This document shows positions 1-7,092 of a stretch of 13,711 bases of DNA, one piece after another. The notes below the pieces were generated by a model. It worked only from the letters and a program-made list of their open reading frames with translations, was not told where the DNA came from and searched no databases. The position numbers were made by a program, and so were the translations under genes. The number at the start of each line of letters is the position of its first letter. Within the stretch, counting starts at the first letter, position 1. Origin of the DNA: Thermodesulfobacteriota bacterium (lineage in GTDB: Bacteria; Desulfobacterota; Desulfobulbia; Desulfobulbales; SURF-16); the NCBI GenBank assembly GCA_039715015.1, contig JBDLIE010000067.1, positions 1-13,711 of the forward strand, given 5' to 3'.

Positions 1-145
1 TTTGGCTGCAACGCTCTTTTGCTGCTCTCTTTGCCGCATGTGGCGCAAAATTAGCAATGAGCGATCAGTAAACAATAAAGGGCCGTATCAACCTGGTTGG
101 TTGGGTTGGCTCGGCTGTATGGGGTGACAGGTTCAGGAGAAGACT

Positions 146-691
146 ATGACTGTAAAAGAAAATTTACCCATAATGGTTTTGACCCAGGAAAACCCGCATA
201 AGCTATTGTTTCAATTTAAATCCATCTTATGGGGATGGATTACGCTTTTCATAAGTTTCGCGCTGGCTATCGCAACGTATTTTGCCCTTTTAACGGATGA
301 GACAAGCTGGGTTGCTTTGGGTACTTTTGTGTTATTCACACTCCTCTTCCTCTATTCGTCGATATATAGCTTCAAACTGCGGCGCTCACTGGAAATCAAC
401 AAGAGAGAACAGCTTGTAAAATACAAGGAATCAAGCCTCTATAAGAATTTGCAATGGCAAAAAGGTTTTCAGAGCTTTAAGGAAATTAAAACTTTCCGGC
501 CACTCACCACAGCAACATCACCGGGCGGTCGCCGGGCATTGAATTGGTCAATCCAGCTCATCTCTAACGAGGATGAAATTTTTGACCTTGGTTATAATCA
601 GTTTGGCGCCATGAAGCGCCAAAAGGCAGAGGAGTTGGTCGGTCGCATAGCAGCGTTAATGGATATACGGCCAGAGGTTGTTGATAACTAA
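146..691 (+). CDS. Hypothetical membrane protein (181 aa; two N-terminal TM helices, then a soluble domain that may be PH-like)
   Basis: ORF track. SD-like AGGAG lies just upstream of the ATG. Two hydrophobic stretches (ILWGWITLFISFALAIATYFALL; WVALGTFVLFTLLFLYSSIYSF). No family recognised with confidence. Confidence 0.8.
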   Translation: MTVKENLPIMVLTQENPHKLLFQFKSILWGWITLFISFALAIATYFALLTDETSWVALGTFVLFTLLFLYSSIYSFKLRRSLEINKREQLVKYKESSLYKNLQWQKGFQSFKEIKTFRPLTTATSPGGRRALNWSIQLISNEDEIFDLGYNQFGAMKRQKAEELVGRIAALMDIRPEVVDN

Positions 692-692
692 A

Positions 693-1097
693 ATGAGACA
701 AGCTGCAGCAGCTGCCTGTTTATCAATAAGAATTATTAGATCTTTTGTTATTTGTCGGCGCCAGTTGCCTATGAGTTGCATGGAAATCAACTAACAGTAA
801 TTTGCCGCGCACCTAATAAAGTTTGGGCCAATCGTAACCTGTTGGCGTATTGATGGAAAAATACCGGCGTTTAGCGTCCGTTTATGGGGAAATGGAGGAC
901 TCTTTGCGGCAACAGGTATTTTCTGGAATAAAAAATGGGGTGTTTTCAGGGCCTATGTTTCAACAGGGCAAAGGTCGAAATTAATTCTTGTTGAAACTCC
1001 TGTAACAAAGCTAATCACAACCCCGGAGAGGACCGAAGAGTTTGCCGCCTGGGCAAACTCCTTTAAGGGCGTTAACCCAAATAAACGTGATGAATAA
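693..1097 (+). pseudogene. Frameshifted bacterial PH-domain (bPH_5-like) membrane protein remnant
   Basis: Manual translation. 740-820 in one frame gives IFCYLSAPVAYELHGNQLTVICRAPNK. 819-1097 in another frame gives KFGPIVTCWRIDGKIPAFSVRLWGNGGLFAATGIFWNKKWGVFRAYVSTGQRSKLILVETPVTKLITTPERTEEFAAW...*. The RLWGNGGLF..TG.FWNKK.G.FRAY..LILVET...TPE..EEF pattern matches the bPH_5 family as I recall it. The ATG at 693 is separated from these segments by a further frameshift. Confidence 0.7.
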
Positions 1098-1148
1098 AAA
1101 ATGAAATTCAGAGTTGTATAAGAAGCTCTGGAGACACCAAACTGGATT

Positions 1149-1198
1149 AACATAAAAAAACCTCTGTACTTGGCTAGTTACAGAGGCCTTTTTATGTT
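1149..1198. terminator. Bidirectional rho-independent terminator-like hairpin
   Basis: Inner stem CCTCTGTA (1161-1168) / TACAGAGG (1179-1186), flanked by AACATAAAAA (1149-1158) / TTTTTATGTT (1189-1198). It lies between convergent genes and has a T-tract on both strands. Confidence 0.8.
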
Positions 1199-1214
1199 TG
1201 GAGCTATACGAGTT

Positions 1215-2318
1215 CTACTTATCGGGATTTTTATTTTTTTCCAGGAGATGTGCCGGGACGCCGATGGCCTTCTCAAAGATAGTGCGCTGGCTCTGGACGC
1301 CGCTCATGTTGGCGCCGGTGAGATCAGCCTTGTAGAAGAAGGCCTTGACCAGGTAGGCCCGTTCCAAATTGGCGTTTTTGAGGTTGGCCCTGCTGAGATC
1401 AGCCCAATGGAGGTTGGCATCGGAGAGGTCGGCATTTTCAAAATCAACCTTGATCAAAATGGCATCAGCAAGACGGGCTGATTGGAGGTTGGCGCCTTTG
1501 AGGTTGGCGCCCTTGAGGTTGACCTCCTGCAGGTTGGCGCCGGATAAATCAGCCCCTTCCAGGTTTACCCCTTTAAGCTTGGTGCCGGTTAGGTCGACAC
1601 CGGAAAGATTGCAGCCGGGGCATTGGCCGGTATCCAGGAGCTTTTGGTGGGGTTCGGAAAGAATTTTTTCTTTAACCACCATGGCGGCGGGAACGTACTC
1701 TTTGCGGACAACCGGTTCCGGCTCCTCGACTTCATCATCATCACCGCCCACGAGACCAAAGGTGAGGGCGGAGAGAAGACCACCTTTTTCCTTTTCAGGT
1801 CCTGGGGCCTTTTTCTGCACACGTTTTTTCTTTTTGCTCTTCTTTGGAGCCGATCCTGGAGGCGGCAGGGCCAAAATACCGGCGTTGCTGTCAGCCAGGG
1901 TGTATTCTACCTGCCGTTCTGGGACAAAGGTGTTAGCCAGGGTGCCGTCATTGTTAAAGAGAAAATATTGATCTCCATCCTTAAAGACTTTGTAGCAGTT
2001 TGTTGCCCCTTCTCCCCAGAACTTGAATTTCATGCAGAGTTGATGCCTATCGTCATCGGTGGTCCAGCGGCCAAAGGTATCTTCACCCACCGAGTTGAGA
2101 GCGTTAAGCTTGCCACCTTCGGAAAAATCAATATCCGCCTCGATGGACTTATCCCAGGACACCATATGTAATGAATTGCCGGAGACAAGGGTTTCTATAT
2201 TATCGGCACTGAGCGGCTTGGCGCCAGCTTTGATGGCCTCGTCAAGATTAACGCGGCCGGCGCAGCCGATCAGACTGAAGGAGAGGAAGATACAGAGAAG
2301 GAAGGTGAAATTTTTCAT
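1215..2318 (-). CDS. Pentapeptide-repeat (Rfr) lipoprotein, 367 aa
   Basis: Lipoprotein signal with lipobox LIGC (Cys19); an N-terminal beta-rich domain; a Pro/Lys-rich then acidic linker; C-terminal A(D/N)LXX pentapeptide repeats preceded by the cap LLDTGQCPGCNL. Confidence 0.9.
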   Translation of the reverse strand: MKNFTFLLCIFLSFSLIGCAGRVNLDEAIKAGAKPLSADNIETLVSGNSLHMVSWDKSIEADIDFSEGGKLNALNSVGEDTFGRWTTDDDRHQLCMKFKFWGEGATNCYKVFKDGDQYFLFNNDGTLANTFVPERQVEYTLADSNAGILALPPPGSAPKKSKKKKRVQKKAPGPEKEKGGLLSALTFGLVGGDDDEVEEPEPVVRKEYVPAAMVVKEKILSEPHQKLLDTGQCPGCNLSGVDLTGTKLKGVNLEGADLSGANLQEVNLKGANLKGANLQSARLADAILIKVDFENADLSDANLHWADLSRANLKNANLERAYLVKAFFYKADLTGANMSGVQSQRTIFEKAIGVPAHLLEKNKNPDK

Positions 2319-2384
2319 GGGGCTGTCTGGTTTGTATTAATAGATGAGAACGAAAGGGTAGTTATAAACAAAGGCGGGAGGGAA

Positions 2385-2515
2385 CGCAAAAGAAAAGGCC
2401 CACGGAGTTGTGCAAGAGGCATTGTCGTCCTTCGCCGGGCCAAGGGCCTTTCAAGATCAAACCCAGCGCCTGTGGAAAGGTGCCCGCCTCTCTGCTCGGT
2501 CAAGACTGGATGGGG
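2385..2515. repeat. Degenerate GC-rich intergenic repeat related to the element at 13593-13711 (boundaries approximate)
   Basis: GGCATTGTCGTCCTTCGCCGGGCCAAGGGCCTT (2418-2450) aligns by eye with GGCATCACTCGCCTTCCGCCGGGCAAGGGGCATT (13669-13702). Both are preceded at a similar distance by GAAAAGG. Confidence 0.45.
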
Positions 2516-2529
2516 AAAAGAAGAAGATG

Positions 2530-4758
2530 CTATTTTGAGGAATTGCTAAGGAGAGCGGCGAGTTCTGCCACCGAGTTCAGCGGCGCTTTACAGCTGAAGT
2601 TTTCGCAAACATAGGCCGTGGCTTTGCCATCAATGGCCGTCATAAACTCCATAAAGGGCATATTTTTTTCAAGAAAGCGCTGGTTGGGGCCATTATCGGC
2701 CAGCAGCACCAGGGTGGTGGGAAGGTAGGAGTTGTTGATAGTTTTAAGCAGCTCCTTGGTGTCGGCGGCTCCGGGCTTACCGGCGATGATGATCTGTCTT
2801 GGTTTTTGGCGGCAAAAATCATAGGCCGCTGCCATGGCGGGCCGTGCAAAGGGCTGGTCCATCAGTCCGTTGGCAAAAAAGGCAAGGATGCCCTCAGCCT
2901 GTTGATGCCATTTTTTATTGTCGGTGATCTGGGCCAGACGCAGAAGGTTCATGGCCGCTATGGAGTTGCCGGCCGGTTCTGCCCCGTCATAATCATTTTT
3001 CATCCTGACCAGGATATTTTGGGCCGTGGAGGGCGTGTCAAAAAAGGCACCCTCTTGTTTGTCGCCAAAAAGGTTTATCTGCTGGGCAGTAAGCTCCACG
3101 GCAAGTTCCAGCCAGCGGCTGTCAAAATCAGCGCCATAGAGATCAAGGAGGCCTTGGATAAAGAAGGCATAATCATCAAGCTGGCCTTGAAAATGAGATT
3201 CGCCATCCCGGTAACGCCGAAAGAGGGTTTTATCAGTCCTATTGTAGAGATTTTTTTCAACAAAGGCCGCTGAATCGGTGGCGGCATTCAGGTATTTAAC
3301 CTCCCCTGTGACACGAAAGCCCTTGGCCATGGCCGAAATCATCAGGCCGTTCCAGGCGGTGATGATTTTATCATCAAGATGGGGGCGCGGTCTTTTTTGA
3401 CGGGCGGTAAAAAGGGTTTTTTTACCTGTGGCGAGGATCTTTTTGATCTCATCGTTTTTTTTGGCAAATTTCTGAGCGGTGGCTTTCAGGCTGTTGCCTG
3501 CGTAAAGGATGTTTTTGCCCCGGAACTCATCCATGGGATCAGCCAAGGCGTTGCCATCTGGCTTAACGCCATGGAAAAAGTTGAACATTGCACCGTTCTC
3601 GGCACCGAGCAGCTTGATAATATCAGACTCTTTCCACAGATAAAAAAGGCCTTCACCATGCTTGCTGCTATCATGCTCGTCAACGCTGTCAGCATCCTCG
3701 GCTGAATAGAAGCCACCCAGCTTGTCGGTCATGTCGCGCAGGACATAGTCGAGAATCTCGGTGCCGATGTGGCGGTAAAAAGAGTCGTGGCTCACCTGAA
3801 AGGCATCGAAGTAGAGGCTGGCAAGCTGGCCCTGGTCATAGAGCATTTTTTCAAAATGGGGAACACGCCACTGGCCATCAACGCTGTAGCGATGAAAACC
3901 GCCGCCAAGCTGGTCATACATGCCGCCTTCGGCCATTTTCTTAAGGCTGAAAAGGACAATGTCCCGAGCCTGGTCGTTTTTATGCCAGGCGTCATAACGG
4001 AGCAGCAGATCAAAAATAACAGGCCGCGGAAACTTTGGGGCAGTGCCAAAACCACCGAACTCACTGTCATAATTTTGGGAGGCCTGCTGGAAGCCAAGAT
4101 GAAGTAGCTCTTCGGAGAGGGATTTATCTGCATCCCTGCCGGCGGCGGCCTTGCGCAGCCCGGCTGTAACAACTTCGGCATTGCCTGTGAGTCTGGCACG
4201 GTCCTCCTGCCAGATGACATTGATCTGTTTCAGAAGATCAAGAAATCCGGGGCGGCCATAGCCCGATTCAGGGGGGAAATAGGTGCCGGCGTAAAAGGGG
4301 CGGCGGTCAGGCAGCAGAAAGACGGACATGGGCCAGCCGCCGCTGCCGGAAATGGCCTGGGTGGCGGCCATATAAAGCTGGTCGATATCAGGCTGTTCCT
4401 CCCGGTCCACCTTTATGGCGATGAAATGCTCATTTAAAAAAGCGGCCACCACCTCATCCTCAAAGGACTCGTGGGCCATGACATGGCACCAGTGACAGGT
4501 GGAGTAGCCCACGGATAGAAAGATGGGCTTGTCTTCCCGCTCGGCCCTGCGAAAGGCCTCCTCACCCCAGGGCAGCCACTGCACTGGGTTAAAGGCATGC
4601 TGGAGGAGGTAGGGGCTTTTTTCGTCAATCAGGCTGTTTGGTGTTTTGCCGGCTGCCAGCTGTTCTTTGACAAATTCCGAAGATGTTGAAGCATGCGCAG
4701 CAGAACCCATAAGAAGACCAAGGCTAAAGATGACGGTGAGCAGACCGGGAAGAGACAT
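2530..4758 (-). CDS. yyaL: Thioredoxin domain-containing protein, YyaL/SSP411 (SPATA20) family, with predicted signal peptide
   Basis: Family hallmark motifs [102 protein letters not shown] and [10 protein letters not shown]-terminal hydrophobic segment ending in AHA. Confidence 0.93.
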   Translation of the reverse strand: MSLPGLLTVIFSLGLLMGSAAHASTSSEFVKEQLAAGKTPNSLIDEKSPYLLQHAFNPVQWLPWGEEAFRRAEREDKPIFLSVGYSTCHWCHVMAHESFEDEVVAAFLNEHFIAIKVDREEQPDIDQLYMAATQAISGSGGWPMSVFLLPDRRPFYAGTYFPPESGYGRPGFLDLLKQINVIWQEDRARLTGNAEVVTAGLRKAAAGRDADKSLSEELLHLGFQQASQNYDSEFGGFGTAPKFPRPVIFDLLLRYDAWHKNDQARDIVLFSLKKMAEGGMYDQLGGGFHRYSVDGQWRVPHFEKMLYDQGQLASLYFDAFQVSHDSFYRHIGTEILDYVLRDMTDKLGGFYSAEDADSVDEHDSSKHGEGLFYLWKESDIIKLLGAENGAMFNFFHGVKPDGNALADPMDEFRGKNILYAGNSLKATAQKFAKKNDEIKKILATGKKTLFTARQKRPRPHLDDKIITAWNGLMISAMAKGFRVTGEVKYLNAATDSAAFVEKNLYNRTDKTLFRRYRDGESHFQGQLDDYAFFIQGLLDLYGADFDSRWLELAVELTAQQINLFGDKQEGAFFDTPSTAQNILVRMKNDYDGAEPAGNSIAAMNLLRLAQITDNKKWHQQAEGILAFFANGLMDQPFARPAMAAAYDFCRQKPRQIIIAGKPGAADTKELLKTINNSYLPTTLVLLADNGPNQRFLEKNMPFMEFMTAIDGKATAYVCENFSCKAPLNSVAELAALLSNSSK

Positions 4759-4767
4759 TGTTTTTTT

Positions 4768-5241
4768 CTAGTAACTATTGTTACTCAAAACAATGGTGAT
4801 GATCCCTTTATTGTCAATGTTAAAGTGGTAGACAAATGTTTTGCCTTGTTCGCTTGGCATAGTCTCACAAAGTTTGGGAACAGAAAGGTTGAATTGCTGG
4901 TCCGGCATGATTTCGCTCATCAGATGGCCGCTTATGGTGTTAAGAAGTTCGGACATCATGTCAGCCACTGCCTCCATAGTTAAATCCTCAAGGCCGTAAA
5001 GGTTTTCGGCCAGAGCCCAGCCAAGTTGCTGTGGTGCGGAGAAAAACATCCTGGCCTTGATGGGGGCAAGAATATCGATGGACACAGCCAGGGTGTTGGC
5101 CGGTGGAGCTTCCTCATCTGTCGGCTGGGCAGCCATAAATCCCATTTTCTCAAAGGTGTCATTAACCGACTTGGCCATTGTTTTTTCATGGGGACGCTGT
5201 TCGTTTTTCCCTATGAAAAAAAGATCATTCTCCCCACTCAT
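4768..5241 (-). CDS. cheX: CheX-like chemotaxis phosphatase (CheC/CheX family)
   Basis: E-x-x-N motif SELLNTISG, plus TFEKMGFM and FNLSVP. Start placed at ATG 5241 because GGAGG lies 6 nt upstream. This start overlaps the receiver gene end by 17 nt. Confidence 0.8.
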   Translation of the reverse strand: MSGENDLFFIGKNEQRPHEKTMAKSVNDTFEKMGFMAAQPTDEEAPPANTLAVSIDILAPIKARMFFSAPQQLGWALAENLYGLEDLTMEAVADMMSELLNTISGHLMSEIMPDQQFNLSVPKLCETMPSEQGKTFVYHFNIDNKGIITIVLSNNSY

Positions 5242-5623
5242 CGTCTTCCTCCATTCCATCTACAACCTCTTTTACAGCTTTATAAAGCTCACTGGAGGAA
5301 AAGGGCTTTGCTAAAACATTGCTGGCACCCATGCCCAGAAGGGAACCTATGCGGGCGTCATTGCCGGCGCTTGTCATGACAAGCACGGGAATATGTTGAA
5401 GGGCCGGATCTGCCTTAAGCTCTTTCAGCAACTCTTCACCATCCATCACCGGCATTATGAGGTCGGTGAGAATGAAATCCGGCACCTTTTCCCTGGCCTT
5501 TTCCAACCCCTCCTCACCGTCTACCGCATGGATAAATTCTGCATCGTGAAAGCCTATGTTATTTAGGTATCTCTCGGCAAAAATCCGGGCGGTGGTGGCG
5601 TCGTCAACAATTAGAATGCGCAT
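5225..5623 (-). CDS. Single-domain response regulator (CheY-like)
   Basis: ILIVDD acidic pocket, phospho-acceptor in LTDLIMPVMDG, conserved T/S (VMTSAG) and K (LAKPF); no output domain. Confidence 0.93.
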   Translation of the reverse strand: MRILIVDDATTARIFAERYLNNIGFHDAEFIHAVDGEEGLEKAREKVPDFILTDLIMPVMDGEELLKELKADPALQHIPVLVMTSAGNDARIGSLLGMGASNVLAKPFSSSELYKAVKEVVDGMEEDDEWGE

Positions 5624-5627
5624 TTTT

Positions 5628-6491
5628 TCAACCGTTAATCGTCATAGATTTTTGAAGCTTGCTAAACTCATTGTCTATTTCAAGGATTATCATAGCCAGA
5701 TCATCCTCATTGAGGTCAATGAGATCAATATAATCGGGGTCGAGCTGGTAACGCATGGCATCGGCGCCTGTCCCCTTTCCTGTCATCATGGCAATCATAT
5801 CACCCAGGTGAACAGCATAGACCAGGGCATGATACTCCTTATCCGCCTGGTGGGGCTCATGATGAAAACGAATGGCAGAGGGGATGGGTTCTGGAAGCTG
5901 CCAGTGCTCTGCCAGGGCGTGGCCTGCCTGAGTGTGGTCCATGCCGAGAATTTTTTCTTCGGCAGAGGCATAATCATGCACCTCACCCCTCTCTAGGGAC
6001 TCGAGTACCTCGGCTGGAGTGCCTTCAAGAAAGCTTGAGATAATGGCCTTGCCCAGGTCGTGGAGAAGGCCGCAGGTAAAGGCAACATTGCCGTTTATCG
6101 ATTCCTTGCTGAACTCAGCAACCTTCTTTGAGGCCAGGGCGGTGAGCAGGTTGTGATCCCATAACTCTCCTTCCCGTCCTTCGTAACCGGCCAGATCACA
6201 GTCGTAGATCATCCCTGCTGCCTCATTCATGGCCAGGGAGACAAGGTAGTTCTCACCAATATACGAAATAGCCCGATCAATATTCGAGACCCTGCTCTGC
6301 AGGGCAAAGGCCGCCGAATTAACCAGTTTGAGTGTTTTAGCGCTGAGGGCGGCGTCGCATTTAATCACCTGGACAATATCACGCAGATCGTGATTCTCCC
6401 GGCTGGCAACCTCCAGGAGGCCAGCGGCACTGGGAGAGAGAATCTTGGTGCTCTCGACCACCTTGAGTATGTCTTTTTGGGTAGAAGCCAT
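5628..6491 (-). CDS. HDOD domain signal-transduction protein
   Basis: Motifs IKCDAALSAKTLKLVNSAAF, LWDHNL, AFTCGLLHDLGK, AEEKILGMDHTQAGHALAEHWQLP and IRFHHEP. Confidence 0.92.
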   Translation of the reverse strand: MASTQKDILKVVESTKILSPSAAGLLEVASRENHDLRDIVQVIKCDAALSAKTLKLVNSAAFALQSRVSNIDRAISYIGENYLVSLAMNEAAGMIYDCDLAGYEGREGELWDHNLLTALASKKVAEFSKESINGNVAFTCGLLHDLGKAIISSFLEGTPAEVLESLERGEVHDYASAEEKILGMDHTQAGHALAEHWQLPEPIPSAIRFHHEPHQADKEYHALVYAVHLGDMIAMMTGKGTGADAMRYQLDPDYIDLIDLNEDDLAMIILEIDNEFSKLQKSMTING

Positions 6492-6494
6492 GGT

Positions 6495-6977
6495 TTACAG
6501 AGTCCAGTTGTTCTTGCCTGGTGAAGAAAGGGTGACAGCGCCGTTTTTGGCACTCACCGTTACGGTGCGGCTTAAAGTTCCACCGACCTCTTCGGCACGT
6601 GGACTTACCCCGTATTTCCAGAGAACTTTTTTTACGGCCAGGACATTTCTTTTACCGATACTAAAGACATTCCTGGGGTCCATGACATTAGAACCCCCGG
6701 CAATTTTTGCAATCATCTGCTTTGGGCCGCCGGTGCAGCCTAAGGCCATCATTTCCCTGATCAGGGCTGGAATACCGGTATCGGCAAAATAACCGGGCTG
6801 GCTTTGAGCCTTCTCAGAGTTGATGGAGGAGTCGGGCAGGGCAATATGCACCATGCCCACAACTCGAGCCTTTGGATGTATGAGAATAACAGCGACACAG
6901 GAACCAAGAGCATAGGTTTTCACCAGTTCAGGTGGATTTTTGGATGCCCCTAAATCGCCGACGCCAAGAACTAAAAT
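6495..6977 (-). CDS. cheD: Chemoreceptor glutamine deamidase CheD (start uncertain: ATT 6977, ATC 6980, or GTG 6923 as in the track)
   Basis: Motifs LGSCVAV, GMVHIALP, FADTGI, AKIAGG, IGKRN and EEVGG..SRTV. The frame stays open upstream of GTG 6923 and encodes the typical CheD first strand LVLGVGDLGASK. Confidence 0.9.
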   Translation of the reverse strand: MLVLGVGDLGASKNPPELVKTYALGSCVAVILIHPKARVVGMVHIALPDSSINSEKAQSQPGYFADTGIPALIREMMALGCTGGPKQMIAKIAGGSNVMDPRNVFSIGKRNVLAVKKVLWKYGVSPRAEEVGGTLSRTVTVSAKNGAVTLSSPGKNNWTL

Positions 6978-7018
6978 GATGACCCCCGTACAGTTAATAA
7001 GGATAAGTAAGTCTTTTT

Positions 7019-7047
7019 ATTGTTAGAAATGGAGAGGAGGATGTCAA
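7019..7047 (-). promoter_or_regulatory. Putative sigma70 promoter for the cheD operon
   Basis: Minus strand: perfect TTGACA (7047-7042), a 17-nt spacer, then AACAAT (7024-7019, 4/6 match to TATAAT), about 40 nt upstream of the cheD 5' end. Confidence 0.5.
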
Positions 7048-7092
7048 ATGGAATATGCCCAGAAGGGCTTTAAGGTGCTAAAAAAATGGAGA

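Noticed and set aside
5..70. Hairpin considered as an integron attC site
   Set aside because: No proper RYYYAAC / GTTRRRY core pair, and no second attC after the 146-691 gene.
1038..1060. Perfect 9-bp inverted repeat GAGTTTGCC/GGCAAACTC; GGCAAAC recalls the c-di-GMP-I riboswitch
   Set aside because: The GAAA tetraloop, ACGCAAAG and P2 elements are absent. It lies inside the PH-domain reading frame, and no gene starts downstream.
1480..1565. Repeated AGGTTGGCGCC units with 15-nt periodicity (possible tandem repeat or CRISPR)
   Set aside because: They encode GANL pentapeptides; there is no repeat-spacer structure and no cas genes.
1170..2340. Plus-strand ORFs 1170-1481, 1369-1971, 1623-2171 and 2059-2340 with repetitive sequence
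   Set aside because: Antisense shadows of the pentapeptide gene; their periodicity comes from its 15-nt codon repeats.
5225..5227. TGA stop of the receiver gene considered for Sec read-through
   Set aside because: The domain is complete before the stop, there is no redox motif or hairpin, and the next gene is in a different frame.
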